DNA of 64,000 bases from an uncultured virus (IMG/VR IMGVR_UViG_3300028394_000079) (IMGVR_UViG_3300028394_000079); one strand, 5' to 3'; positions 1 to 9,565 are shown, numbered from the stretch's first letter. Numbers and translations are program-made. The notes: generated from the sequence alone by a model not told the origin.

Positions 1-117
1 GCCACTTCTGCCTTTTATCCAAGTTAACCCACCTTTGGTAGACAAGTCAATATTATTGGTAATGGTCTGTGTAGCACCTGTACCTGTGTAGAGAAAACAG
101 GAGAACACATCCTCAAT
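1..117. repeat. 117-bp exact direct repeat of 63490..63606
   Basis: Base-by-base match; first mismatch at 118 vs 63607. Confidence 0.95.
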
Positions 118-180
118 ATAAATGGGAGGGCCAGAGCCACCTGCGCCTTCGCCCAGTAGTAGTTGCTGTGTTGAACTCAT
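1..180 (-). CDS. Tail fibre-like protein, 5' part (runs off window start); paralog of 61702..63687
   Basis: ATG at 180 directly after the stop of the upstream gene. Translates MSSTQQLLLGEGAGGSGPPIYIEDVFSCFLYTGTGATQTITNNIDLSTKGGLTWIKGRSG, identical from YIEDVF onward to the 661-aa fibre protein. Confidence 0.8.
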   Translation of the reverse strand, partial: MSSTQQLLLGEGAGGSGPPIYIEDVFSCFLYTGTGATQTITNNIDLSTKGGLTWIKGRSG

Positions 181-181
181 A

Positions 182-1369
182 TTAGGTCACGTTTCCTGAA
201 ACGACAACGAGAGTACTGGTAATAAACAAAGCAGTTGCTACACCTGCCGCCGCCAAGGTCATCGTGGCTTTGTCAGTGAATGTGCCTGCAATGTACGCTG
301 TAGTGATTGAGCAAGTGATTGTTGCTGTGCTGGCGGTGTTGTTAAAAATGGTGACAACGTCACCCGCCGCAAATGTAGCGTCAGGAATCACAATCGCACC
401 GCTTGCGCCAAGCAAGATGTACTTACCAACATCACCTACAACAAGTGTGTAACTTGTTGTTTTGGAAGAGCCTGACTGCGGAATGTTGAGATAGCCAACT
501 TTGTTTGTGCCATCAACTGTGCAAGCTGAGAGTGTGCCGCTAGTTGGTGTTCCAAGAAGAGGAGTTACTAATGTTGGGCTTGTAGCAAATACATTAGCTC
601 CTGTGCCTGTTTCGTCTGTTAGCAAGGCCGCAAGGTTTGCACTGGTAGGCGTTCCAAGGAACGTTAAAGCACCTGCCGCTGTTGTAGTTGTTGATGGTGC
701 TACGCCAGCGCCCCCTCCAATCACTAGCGCATTTGCTGTCAATGCCGCTGAAGAAGCCAATGTGCCGGATGCTGTGTAGGCTAAAACGCCGCCAGAGGTT
801 CCTGCTGTTAAGCCTGTACCGCCGTTGGCTACTGGAAGCGCAGTACCAGAATAAGTCATTGCCAATGTACCAGATGTGGTGATTGGCGAACCTGAAATAC
901 TAAAAATGCTTGGGACTGATGCCGCAACGCTTGTGACTGATCCAGTACCCGTGCTGGTAGCCACTTTGACGTAATCAGTGCCGTTGTAATACACAAACGC
1001 TTTTTCGCCAACTGCAATAGAAACACCTGTTTGACCAGAGGCTTTGAATGTTACCGCGCTGGTAGCGCCTGCGTGATCCACCATGTACAGCTTGCTGTAG
1101 CTTGGGCCTGTAATAACCTTGGTAACCGTTTGTGTACCAGTAATACGGATTACCATGTACTGCGCTGTGGTAGTAGTTATTGCGTTTCCTGACGAGCTAC
1201 CTGTTGTGTTAGCTAAAGTAATAGCGCCATCACCTGCAAAAGATAATGTGCCTGCAATAGCAATATCAAGGTAATCAGAAATACCGTAGTTGACTGTGTC
1301 GCCCCACGTACCAGAGAGCGTTCCCTGTGTGGGGGTAACTAAGCCCAAAAGAGTTGTTGTAGCCGCCAT
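182..1369 (-). CDS. Tail fibre/tail structural protein
   Basis: 395 aa, very T/G/A/S-rich, fibre-type motifs (GTxSGTWG, LPVANGGTG, SPTLVTPxLGTP); tail gene context. Confidence 0.75.
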   Translation of the reverse strand: MAATTTLLGLVTPTQGTLSGTWGDTVNYGISDYLDIAIAGTLSFAGDGAITLANTTGSSSGNAITTTTAQYMVIRITGTQTVTKVITGPSYSKLYMVDHAGATSAVTFKASGQTGVSIAVGEKAFVYYNGTDYVKVATSTGTGSVTSVAASVPSIFSISGSPITTSGTLAMTYSGTALPVANGGTGLTAGTSGGVLAYTASGTLASSAALTANALVIGGGAGVAPSTTTTAAGALTFLGTPTSANLAALLTDETGTGANVFATSPTLVTPLLGTPTSGTLSACTVDGTNKVGYLNIPQSGSSKTTSYTLVVGDVGKYILLGASGAIVIPDATFAAGDVVTIFNNTASTATITCSITTAYIAGTFTDKATMTLAAAGVATALFITSTLVVVSGNVT

Positions 1370-1379
1370 TTAAATGCTC

Positions 1380-2123
1380 CTAAGTCGTTACCACAGCAGT
1401 CCAAGCCGCTGTTTGTGTGTTGCTGATATTCTGCCAGTTTGCAGTCTGCGTGTCATCAATAATTTCCCAAAAAAACCGTGCCGTGATTGAATCTGTCCCA
1501 GTTGCTGACTCAGTAAGAGAAGCTATGAAAGCCACAGCCGCCGCATCTACATCTGTACCCGTTGCAGTTTCTGCTACCGCTCCTAAAAAAGTTGCCTTTG
1601 CCGTTACCGCTTCGGTTCCTGTCGCACTTTCAGTAATGTCTGAACTGACCGACAAACTACTTACTACTGCGTCCGTCCCAGTAGCTGTTTCAGTTATAGA
1701 CCCAAAGAATGTAAAACTAGAATTTACAGCATCCGTACCTGTTGCAGTTTCTGCAACTACAGCCGCATATATCGGCACACTTGATACCGCATCCGCCCCA
1801 GTTGCTGTCTCCGTTATGGTTGGGTTGTACGTTAGTAATGCTGTTATTGCATCGCTACCCGTACCAGTTTCAGTAACTGCCGCCTCAAACCCTTGCGCCG
1901 CTACAACAACATCTGTACCTGTAGCCGTTTCTGCGACTACCGCATTTACTGAAGCCAAGGAAGTTACAGCATCCGTTCCCGTAGCAGTCTCGCTAACCGG
2001 GGCACTTAAACTAGCTATTGCCGTTACCGCATCTGTGCCTGTTGCACTTTCAGTAACCGTGCTTGAAAAAGCCGTGAAGCCCCAGCCACCATCACCCCAT
2101 GCGCCGGAACCCCACGCTGACAT
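1380..2123 (-). CDS. Tail-associated repeat protein
   Basis: 247 aa with WGxGxWG N-terminus and ten ~19-aa repeats of xE[TS]ATGTDAV. Confidence 0.7.
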   Translation of the reverse strand: MSAWGSGAWGDGGWGFTAFSSTVTESATGTDAVTAIASLSAPVSETATGTDAVTSLASVNAVVAETATGTDVVVAAQGFEAAVTETGTGSDAITALLTYNPTITETATGADAVSSVPIYAAVVAETATGTDAVNSSFTFFGSITETATGTDAVVSSLSVSSDITESATGTEAVTAKATFLGAVAETATGTDVDAAAVAFIASLTESATGTDSITARFFWEIIDDTQTANWQNISNTQTAAWTAVVTT

Positions 2124-2124
2124 A

Positions 2125-2703
2125 TTAGCCCGCCAAGCTGAATGTGTAAGTCACAGACAAAGTGTCACTGCTCACCACAGAGCGGTCACCCGGTGAGCCA
2201 AAGTCAGCCGCTGAGAACAAAGTTCCTGCTGTACCACTCTTAGCACTACCGCTGGTCAGGAACGCCCCGCCCACAGTTGTTGTGCCGTTGATGTTAAACG
2301 TAGCAGGAGAAGCTGAGTTAGTCACCACAGAAGGGTTAGCAGTCGTAGCCGTAACAAACGTAGCCGCCACACGGGTTGCATTGCTGTAAGCCACAACCTC
2401 AGTCCAGCCAGCATGGGAAGACATCGTGTCGCCAGCCGCAGGTGTATTAGAAGCACCAGCCCCGTACAGGCCAAGATACCAAGTAGTAATCTGGGTGACT
2501 GAAGTCAGTGCAGAACCAGCCATATAAGCCAGACCAGCATTAACTACCAAGTTCTTAGACTGCGCTTCCCACTTCAAGTTGCCGTCTTTGTCATGGCACT
2601 TGATTTCAAACAGGCCGGTAGCTTTTGCTTCCTCACCGGATTTAAGATTACAAGTCAGACCGCCAGAAACATGGTCGGTGGCTGTGAGTTTTTCGGTGGT
2701 CAT
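2125..2703 (-). CDS. Virion structural protein
   Basis: 192 aa, beta-rich, NLVVNxG motif, AGGAG SD; structural operon. Confidence 0.65.
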   Translation of the reverse strand: MTTEKLTATDHVSGGLTCNLKSGEEAKATGLFEIKCHDKDGNLKWEAQSKNLVVNAGLAYMAGSALTSVTQITTWYLGLYGAGASNTPAAGDTMSSHAGWTEVVAYSNATRVAATFVTATTANPSVVTNSASPATFNINGTTTVGGAFLTSGSAKSGTAGTLFSAADFGSPGDRSVVSSDTLSVTYTFSLAG

Positions 2704-2712
2704 ATTGACTCC

Positions 2713-3129
2713 TTAGTTAGAAGAACGAATTAATGCCGCCGTTGCTGTGTTAGCAGGCATTGTGATGGTGAAATTAGCAGAAGTCTTGTCAGACCCAAAG
2801 TCCAAAACTGCAATAGATTTGTTCCCCTGCGTGACGTTGTAAATCAGAGCACAACGAGCCGTGACGGATGCGCCAAAGACTACATCAGAAAAATCCACAT
2901 AAGCGGTATATCCAGAAGAACTGATTGTTACGCCTGTCAAAGTTACTCCGCCTGCAACGTAACCAGTCCCAGTAACTTCACCAGAGGCCGTGTAAACAGT
3001 GGTTGCTTCGTTTAAATCAGCATTGGCTGTGTACAGGGCAATCTTTAATGTATCCGTAGATAGATTGTGGACGGCTGTATATAGCTCTGTTTTAAAGCTA
3101 GTGGTCTGGGTCTGGAGAATACTACTCAT
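2713..3129 (-). CDS. Virion structural protein
   Basis: 138 aa, TSFKxEL...KIALYT...VLDFGSDK motifs typical of aquatic phage tail proteins. Confidence 0.7.
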   Translation of the reverse strand: MSSILQTQTTSFKTELYTAVHNLSTDTLKIALYTANADLNEATTVYTASGEVTGTGYVAGGVTLTGVTISSSGYTAYVDFSDVVFGASVTARCALIYNVTQGNKSIAVLDFGSDKTSANFTITMPANTATAALIRSSN

Positions 3130-3656
3130 GAGACTGAAACCCTATTAGCTTTAGATAAATTATCAACCCAAGAAATAACTTGCAAGTTTTGAGGTACGTG
3201 CAATCCAGATACAGTCTTACCCTGTAATGGCAAAACATGATCAACGTGCCAAGTAAAACCAAACATTTTTGTCCTTAACTGAGCTAAAGCATACGCCTCG
3301 CGCATCATCCAAATATCATCAACTGTAAGCCATTTTGGTGTTCTTTGCAGAACTCTTGCCTGCCTACGTCTAACATTTTCGGCTTCGGCACTTTTATTTT
3401 TTTGCCGGTAGCTTTGCATAGTAGCTTTGCGTTTTTCAGGATTTTGTTGCACATAAACTTTAGCCCGTTCAGCAATTAACTCTTTATTGCGAGCTTTGTA
3501 TGCTTTTGCGTATTCACGCATTTTTTCTTTGTTTTGTTCCGCCCATTTTTTGCCGCGAGCTTGCATACATTTTTTGCAAGTGTAGATATGGTAACCCTTG
3601 GCAATCGTATAGTTGCCAAGAGGTTGTTCCAAACTACAAACTTTGCAAGTTCTCAT
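3126..3656 (-). CDS. HNH homing endonuclease
   Basis: Probable start MRTCKVC at 3656; CxxC pairs, basic helix, HVDHVLPL...GLHVPQNL...N motif; AT-richer than neighbours. Confidence 0.85.
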   Translation of the reverse strand: MRTCKVCSLEQPLGNYTIAKGYHIYTCKKCMQARGKKWAEQNKEKMREYAKAYKARNKELIAERAKVYVQQNPEKRKATMQSYRQKNKSAEAENVRRRQARVLQRTPKWLTVDDIWMMREAYALAQLRTKMFGFTWHVDHVLPLQGKTVSGLHVPQNLQVISWVDNLSKANRVSVS

Positions 3657-3657
3657 A

Positions 3658-4497
3658 TTAAGACACCGCAACTCGGACTTGGCCATCTCTGTAAGCATCA
3701 GCACGTTGCTTGCCGTCTGACAAGTTTTTATACAGAGCAATAGCCTGTACATAGCGATCTTGAGCCAGCTTAACCATGCCCTCTTCACCCTTCATGTAGG
3801 TGTAGGCTTCGCAAATAGTGCCGTACAACAAAACAGAATCAAAGTTATCACCTAGCCAAGTATTAGTAGCTGTGACAATAGACTCAGGATAGTAGTTGTA
3901 GTGAAGCTCTGCATAGTAAGCTCCGCTAGGCGTAGGGCCAACAATGAATGTTAACTCGTTTACATCGTTTGATTGGGGGCCAAAGATTGCGTAGTGTTTA
4001 GGTTCACTAAGCTGAGATGTCAAAGGATACGCCTCACGGATGAAGTTAACGTCCTTGTTTAATAAGTACAGATAGTCGCCTTGGAACACAACAGCACCAG
4101 ATACAGTGCCGCTGTTAGCTACAGTCAAGGTAATGGTTGTGCTGGCAATGCTTCTAACTAACGCATTTGTACCAATACCTGTCCCAGTTACTTGCTGACC
4201 CACCTCAATACCTGTAGTACTTGCCACAACAATTGTTTTAAGCCCAGATGTTCCTGTGGCAGTTGTAGCGTTGTACGGATACACGGCAAGGCTATATACA
4301 GACAGGAAATCCGAAGGACACTGTAAGTACTTATTACCAACAGTCAATACGCCTGTCACGTTCTTTCGCAAATTAGCGGGTTGCGCGGTATTGTAGATGC
4401 GCTGTTCCGCCTGACGGATGAAAACATCCATGTTGACAGTTGGGAAAGAGTTCTCGCAGTAATCGTTTACTTGCGTGACAAGCTCACTGTAGTTCAT
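3658..4497 (-). CDS. Head-tail connector/adaptor-like protein
   Basis: 279 aa, MNYSEL...AEQRI start and PTP...LLYG motifs; T/G-rich internal insertion. Confidence 0.6.
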   Translation of the reverse strand: MNYSELVTQVNDYCENSFPTVNMDVFIRQAEQRIYNTAQPANLRKNVTGVLTVGNKYLQCPSDFLSVYSLAVYPYNATTATGTSGLKTIVVASTTGIEVGQQVTGTGIGTNALVRSIASTTITLTVANSGTVSGAVVFQGDYLYLLNKDVNFIREAYPLTSQLSEPKHYAIFGPQSNDVNELTFIVGPTPSGAYYAELHYNYYPESIVTATNTWLGDNFDSVLLYGTICEAYTYMKGEEGMVKLAQDRYVQAIALYKNLSDGKQRADAYRDGQVRVAVS

Positions 4498-4760
4498 GCC
4501 ATTGGGCCTCTAGACATAAAGCCTTTAGTCGCCGCACCCGCGCCACGCATTTTGATGCCAGTTGTCTTGGGTTGCTCATCACCAGCCGATTTGCTAAAAG
4601 CACCAACACTCATATCAAGCGTATCAAGCTTGCTACGATTTGGTTCTTTGCCGGGATTGGTAGAAGCTTTAACTTCTTTGCCGGTCATAGTGTGTGGAGT
4701 GGCATAGACTGCGGCATCGCCAACTTCTTTGCCCATCATCTTTTTGCTAAATGTAGCCAT
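4494..4760 (-). CDS. Small basic protein ending RGAGAATKG...GPMA
   Basis: 88 aa, ATGA overlap with next gene, GAGG SD. Confidence 0.7.
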   Translation of the reverse strand: MATFSKKMMGKEVGDAAVYATPHTMTGKEVKASTNPGKEPNRSKLDTLDMSVGAFSKSAGDEQPKTTGIKMRGAGAATKGFMSRGPMA

Positions 4761-4762
4761 GA

Positions 4763-4948
4763 TTAACCTCGCTTTTGGTTCATTGCACGGGCTAAGTTAC
4801 GACCGACCTTACGCATTTCCATGCCTGTAACGCCAGCAGTCTTTTTTCCACCCATCATTTCTTTTTGCACGGGGCCACTGTTGCCCAAATTTTTACCCTC
4901 GGTTTTGCCTTTTTTAGCAATGCCGTCGGCTGATCTTGTGTATGCCAT
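4763..4948 (-). CDS. Small basic protein with N-terminal ADGIAKKGKT motif
   Basis: 61 aa, AAGGAG SD. Confidence 0.7.
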   Translation of the reverse strand: MAYTRSADGIAKKGKTEGKNLGNSGPVQKEMMGGKKTAGVTGMEMRKVGRNLARAMNQKRG

Positions 4949-4959
4949 GTTTAAACTCC

Positions 4960-5373
4960 TTAAGATATCGATACTGTACCAACAAATGTCGTTGCCACCA
5001 AGTAGTTGGGGGTCAATCCTGCATCAAAATTACTAGCCCCACCCACCGGATACCAACCCCATTGAATATCCCGAGATCCACCCGTAACAAAACCTCCGGA
5101 AGGACTATTTACAGGATAAAGCTGTAGGCCGTTTGTGCCAGCCGTTACATATGTTGTGTCTCTACGTGGGTTACGCAAAGCCTGAGGATCTTCTACAGGG
5201 AATGTTCCCAACATCAATTGAGGTTGATCTGGATCCCAGCATTCATGGCAGACCAACAGTTGGTACTTGCGTTGCTTAATGATCTCTGTCTTAAGCGTCT
5301 TAAGTAAAAACTGTTGCCCACAGCGGTCGCACATGGCAATCGCTTTTTTGCCAGAAGCAAAACGATTACTCAT
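4960..5373 (-). CDS. Zinc-finger protein
   Basis: 137 aa, CDRC...CHEC followed by DPxQPQ. Confidence 0.7.
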   Translation of the reverse strand: MSNRFASGKKAIAMCDRCGQQFLLKTLKTEIIKQRKYQLLVCHECWDPDQPQLMLGTFPVEDPQALRNPRRDTTYVTAGTNGLQLYPVNSPSGGFVTGGSRDIQWGWYPVGGASNFDAGLTPNYLVATTFVGTVSIS

Positions 5374-6299
5374 TAGGAACCACCAATATACATCTGACGG
5401 GGTACAAACCTAGAGGGAGCCTTCTCCCTGTCTTCCCCTGCCGCTATCTCAAATGTCTCGTCATAGATCTGCTTAAGCATCTGAATGCGGGGCATTAAAT
5501 CTGGTGTCTTAATTGCAATGTGGTATGCCAATCCGGCAACCAAACAAGGCAAGAAACGGAAGTTCATATCTGCGGTTTCTACACCAGCGCCAGCATCCTG
5601 AACCCGGCGCAGTCTCCAATACACAAACTGATAAGGAGTGCTATTGTCTGGCGTAGGCCAAAGAGTTACCGCAGGAAGCTGAGGAACATAAATTGCAGTC
5701 CCAGTTGTATGAGCGGCGGCAGTTGTATTGTTTTGTCCACGGAATACACCACCAAGAACATTGCTTGAGATGTAAGTGTAGTAAATATCTTCAGAGTCAA
5801 TGCGGATAAATCCAGACCCAGCTAATCCAACTACAGTGTTCAAAGTAATTGTGGTGTCTGTGGCAGTAATGGCTCCATCCAAAACCGCAGTTGTTGGGTT
5901 AACCTGTCCAGAAAGCCTTTGAATCCAGACTTGGATAGGCCTTGCTTGCTGAAGTTTGTTTGGAATGGTTGCGTAGGTAGAAACACTAATACGGCTGATG
6001 GTTAGATCTGCCTGTGTAGAGGCTGTGTTCTGCCCTGTGCGAATAACATGCTCTAACAGGTCAATTGTATCCACTGGTAGGGCATATGTAGGCAAGCCAG
6101 CAGTCAGGTTAATGAAGCCCTGCTCCATCGTCCACATGTTGATACCTTTATTCTGCCACTCTATGGTCATTAGGTTCATTGACCTACGTGCTGTACGCAA
6201 GTCATAACCTGAACGCATTTCCCGGCCAGCCCTCTCCCATGCTTCCTCGGCAATCTCCGTGAAGTCCATATTGAACAGGGTTGAGCCGGTAGTGGTCAT
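5373..6299 (-). CDS. Head-tail adaptor/tail tubular-like protein
   Basis: 308 aa, EIAEEAWER...ARRSMNL...W and LWPTPD motifs; translationally coupled. Confidence 0.6.
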   Translation of the reverse strand: MTTTGSTLFNMDFTEIAEEAWERAGREMRSGYDLRTARRSMNLMTIEWQNKGINMWTMEQGFINLTAGLPTYALPVDTIDLLEHVIRTGQNTASTQADLTISRISVSTYATIPNKLQQARPIQVWIQRLSGQVNPTTAVLDGAITATDTTITLNTVVGLAGSGFIRIDSEDIYYTYISSNVLGGVFRGQNNTTAAAHTTGTAIYVPQLPAVTLWPTPDNSTPYQFVYWRLRRVQDAGAGVETADMNFRFLPCLVAGLAYHIAIKTPDLMPRIQMLKQIYDETFEIAAGEDREKAPSRFVPRQMYIGGS

Positions 6300-6964
6300 T
6301 ATCTTGCTTTCAAAAGCTGAATAAGCTTTGCTAAATCATCTTGTTGCGTTAGTTGAGAGCTAAACGGATTACTCATTTCTTTTATTTTTTTCAACAACTC
6401 GGGTGGAATTGAAGAATAATCAACTTGAGGCGGATTTTGAGTTGCCAATCTAGCGGCATCTATTGCGCTACGGTTTAACTCCGGTACACTGCCATAATCA
6501 TATGGCGGCTGTCCAGTTGTCCGTGGCATATCAGGCTCATTCAAACCTTCATTGGGCATGTATGTTAGCGGGATATCTGCTGGCTGTGGAGGAACATTAA
6601 AAGTACCAGATCCTTCTACAGGTGGTAGGGAGGGACGAGCTTCAAAAGGATTAATTCCTGCATTTCCAAAGTAATCGCTAATTTGACTAGATGAGTAACC
6701 TGTTGCGCCTGCAAGGTCGTCCATACTCACCCCATATTGACGAGCCGCGTCAGCTATTGCTTGAGGATTCCCAATATTTGCTTGCACAAAACTATTGATG
6801 TCTCCAGCCGTTGGAGGAGGAGATCCAACCCCGCCGCCATCAGCATACTTTTGCATGGCAGAGCGCAAGTTCATGGGAGCGCCACGAAGCTGGGTTGTAT
6901 TTGGATTATTGGCGGCACGAGGTGCGCCTTTTTCAGCCATTAGTCTGTTGTATAAGGGGTTCAT
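6299..6964 (-). CDS. Hypothetical virion-associated protein
   Basis: 221 aa, YADGG motif, helical domain, Pro-rich; coupled stops and starts. Confidence 0.6.
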   Translation of the reverse strand: MNPLYNRLMAEKGAPRAANNPNTTQLRGAPMNLRSAMQKYADGGGVGSPPPTAGDINSFVQANIGNPQAIADAARQYGVSMDDLAGATGYSSSQISDYFGNAGINPFEARPSLPPVEGSGTFNVPPQPADIPLTYMPNEGLNEPDMPRTTGQPPYDYGSVPELNRSAIDAARLATQNPPQVDYSSIPPELLKKIKEMSNPFSSQLTQQDDLAKLIQLLKAR

Positions 6965-7446
6965 TTTTTAGCAGTCTTTGCAGATTGAACAAAAGCGTCA
7001 GCGGTAGGAGCACCCTTCTGACCGGGCTTACGCATCTTTTCCTTAGAACCAGCGGCTATCCGCTTTTTCTTGGCGTTAATGTTGGCATAAAGGCCAACAG
7101 CACCACCTTCAGCAAATCGGTGTGTTAACTGAACGCCACCGCCCGGAATTCCAGCGCCACGGTTGCCAATCTTGGCATCTAAGTAAGCTTGCAATGAAGT
7201 GTTTGGGCCTAATTGCTTTTCAGCAGTTAAACGACCACCAAGTTCTTTCATGCCTTTAGCCATGTTTAAACGTGGATTTAAAACGCCAAACTTAACAGCA
7301 TCCGCATCTTCTTTCTCTTTTTCTTTGTCAGCGACAGAACCGCCTTCATCAAACTGAGTGAAGTTGGTGTCATCACGGCGAGCCTTACGGCTCCCTTTTG
7401 GCATTTTGCTTGGGAGAACGGCTCCCATTCCACGGCTTGCCATCAT
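6961..7446 (-). CDS. Hypothetical basic protein
   Basis: Start MMASRG after GGAAG; FDEGG and FAEGG motifs; GLYANINAK C-terminal region. Confidence 0.65.
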   Translation of the reverse strand: MMASRGMGAVLPSKMPKGSRKARRDDTNFTQFDEGGSVADKEKEKEDADAVKFGVLNPRLNMAKGMKELGGRLTAEKQLGPNTSLQAYLDAKIGNRGAGIPGGGVQLTHRFAEGGAVGLYANINAKKKRIAAGSKEKMRKPGQKGAPTADAFVQSAKTAKK

Positions 7447-7448
7447 GA

Positions 7449-7850
7449 TTACTTCCTTTTCATCATCCCACCACCACACATGGCAATCATTGTGCCCTTG
7501 GTTTTACCCTTAGTAGCAATGCCATCTGCACGGCGGGAGGCTGAACCAACTTTACCGCCCTTGGCATAACCCATGTCACTAATCTTTTTACGAGCACGAG
7601 CATCGGCAACTTCTTGCTTGGATTCTTCAATTGCATCAAAGTTGGAAGGTTTAGGAACATTGCGGGATTCACGCTTCATTTCGGCTTCAGCTTCACGCTT
7701 TTCTTGAGCGTCTTTTTCGGCTTTGCGATCCATTAGATAGTTTGCTCCTACCGCAGTGCCTGCTACAGCACCTTTCATACCAAGCATCGTACCAAGGCCG
7801 CTACCGCCACCTTTAGACTGATCATCGTAATATGTAGTTTCTCTTGACAT
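7449..7850 (-). CDS. Basic protein with RADGIA motif
   Basis: 133 aa, ends YAKGGKV...SRRADGIATKGKTKG. Confidence 0.7.
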   Translation of the reverse strand: MSRETTYYDDQSKGGGSGLGTMLGMKGAVAGTAVGANYLMDRKAEKDAQEKREAEAEMKRESRNVPKPSNFDAIEESKQEVADARARKKISDMGYAKGGKVGSASRRADGIATKGKTKGTMIAMCGGGMMKRK

Positions 7851-7859
7851 AATTATTCC

Positions 7860-8753
7860 TTAGCACATGCGGCCACGGGTCTTGCCTTTAGTGGCAATAC
7901 CATCAGCACGGCGAGAAGCTGAACTTACAGAGCCACCGGAAGCCATCTTTTTGACACTGCCGCCACGTTTATATTCACCACTGCCCTTGTCAAAAGGGCC
8001 AAAACCTTCGGCTTTCTTTTTCTTGTTCATATAACGAGAAGTAGATTCAAGACTTCCAAGGTAATCAGCAATCCCAGAAGTGGCTCCAGAAACTACTTTT
8101 CCAACACCCTCACTCATCATGCGGCGACTTTCGTCACTCTTTGGAAACGGTGTCATGCTAGTTTTAGACTTTGGCGCTTCCGAAACAGGTTTTGGTTTTG
8201 CAGTAGAGGTTTCTGCCGCAGGCTTTGGTTTTGCCGCAGGTGATTTTTCAGCTTTAACGCTTGGGTTATCCGCTTCCATCATTTCTTCTGTATAGCGTTG
8301 GACATAAGCTGGCGTTTTAGGCGCTGATTGAATCTTGCTTTCAGTTTTTGATGTGGAAGGTTTGGAAGCTGTCCTTCTTGGATTGTCAGCTTCCTGCTCC
8401 GCTTCTGGGTTGCGTGGTCGTCTTGCAGATTCTTCAGCCACACTTGCATCGCCAGAGGGCTGGCGTTTACCTTGCTCTAGGCCAGCGGCAAAAATAGGAT
8501 TAGGTTGTGCTGTTGGTCTGCCTACTGCCATAGGCTCATTGACAGAAACAGACTCGTTTACGGGATTGCGTTCTGAGCGTCCACGGCCTGCACCGAAGCG
8601 TTTGTATGCCTCAGAGTTGGGATCGTCTATATTGCCCATGCGTAAACGCTGGAAGAAGCCTACATCCTCACCTTTAGAGGCCTTAAGACCAGCTTCTTTG
8701 TCAGCGACTTCACCGCCTTCATCGTAACGTTTAAATTTCATAGGTTTTTTCAT
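7860..8753 (-). CDS. Low-complexity protein with RADGIA motif
   Basis: 297 aa, P/S/K/E-rich, ends SRRADGIATKGKTRGRMC. Confidence 0.7.
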   Translation of the reverse strand: MKKPMKFKRYDEGGEVADKEAGLKASKGEDVGFFQRLRMGNIDDPNSEAYKRFGAGRGRSERNPVNESVSVNEPMAVGRPTAQPNPIFAAGLEQGKRQPSGDASVAEESARRPRNPEAEQEADNPRRTASKPSTSKTESKIQSAPKTPAYVQRYTEEMMEADNPSVKAEKSPAAKPKPAAETSTAKPKPVSEAPKSKTSMTPFPKSDESRRMMSEGVGKVVSGATSGIADYLGSLESTSRYMNKKKKAEGFGPFDKGSGEYKRGGSVKKMASGGSVSSASRRADGIATKGKTRGRMC

Positions 8754-8762
8754 GATTAATCC

Positions 8763-9128
8763 TTAGCAAGCGCCGCCGCCCATCATTTTAATCTGTGTGC
8801 CTTTGGTCTTGCCTCTTGTGGCGCAACCATCAGCCGCCCGTGTGTAGCCGCCAGAAGCAAGCTTAGTCATGGGCTGACCCTTGTGTAAACGGCTTTCATG
8901 CTTGTTTACAGCCTTTTGCATCATGGCCTTGTCTTGTTTCAAGTCCATTGCCATGTCTTCTTTCATGTCGCTCTTAGCCATAGTTCCACCTTTTGAGAAT
9001 TTACGGCCTTTGTCGGCCTTTGAAAAATCTTTGCCCACTGACATGGGTACGCCTGCTTTCTTGGCAAACGCTGGGTTGTGAGCCACCGCTTCCATAAAAT
9101 TGTGTTGTTTTTTGCTAGTGCTTGGCAT
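8763..9128 (-). CDS. Basic protein with ADGCA motif
   Basis: 121 aa, MPSTSKKQHNFM start, RAADGCATRGKTKG. Confidence 0.7.
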   Translation of the reverse strand: MPSTSKKQHNFMEAVAHNPAFAKKAGVPMSVGKDFSKADKGRKFSKGGTMAKSDMKEDMAMDLKQDKAMMQKAVNKHESRLHKGQPMTKLASGGYTRAADGCATRGKTKGTQIKMMGGGAC

Positions 9129-9565
9129 TAGAGCATCCTTCCGCGAGTTCTACCCCGTTGAGCAATACCATCACCCCTACGGGATGCTGTGCTAGATTTT
9201 GCCGCAGATTTAACTTTACCGCCACGTTTAAACGCATCTATATCGTCATCTGCGTAAGTACTGAGAGCTAATTTGTCATAGCCGCCGTTATCACTAGATG
9301 ATGAAATACTGCGGTCTTCTACGGGAACTTCGCTTCTTTCTCTTAAATAATCTTTACCAACATCTTTGGCTAGATCTTTTAAGAACCCTTTAGGGTTGGC
9401 TACTGCCTCTGCTGTGCCGGGGGCTGTGCCTAAAGCTTCATTAATTTTTGGGCCAAAATAATCAATAGCAGAGCCAATGGGATCGGCTAACACTCTAACG
9501 GGTTTAGGAACATCAATACCAGCTTTGTCGGCTAAAAATAAAGCGGCTTTTGTTGCGGGGTTCAT
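9128..9565 (-). CDS. Protein with RGDGIA motif
   Basis: 145 aa, ends SRRGDGIAQRGRTRGRML. Confidence 0.7.
   Translation of the reverse strand: MNPATKAALFLADKAGIDVPKPVRVLADPIGSAIDYFGPKINEALGTAPGTAEAVANPKGFLKDLAKDVGKDYLRERSEVPVEDRSISSSSDNGGYDKLALSTYADDDIDAFKRGGKVKSAAKSSTASRRGDGIAQRGRTRGRML

Noticed and set aside
1417..2196. 259-aa plus-strand ORF
   Set aside because: Antisense shadow of the repeat-rich tail gene.
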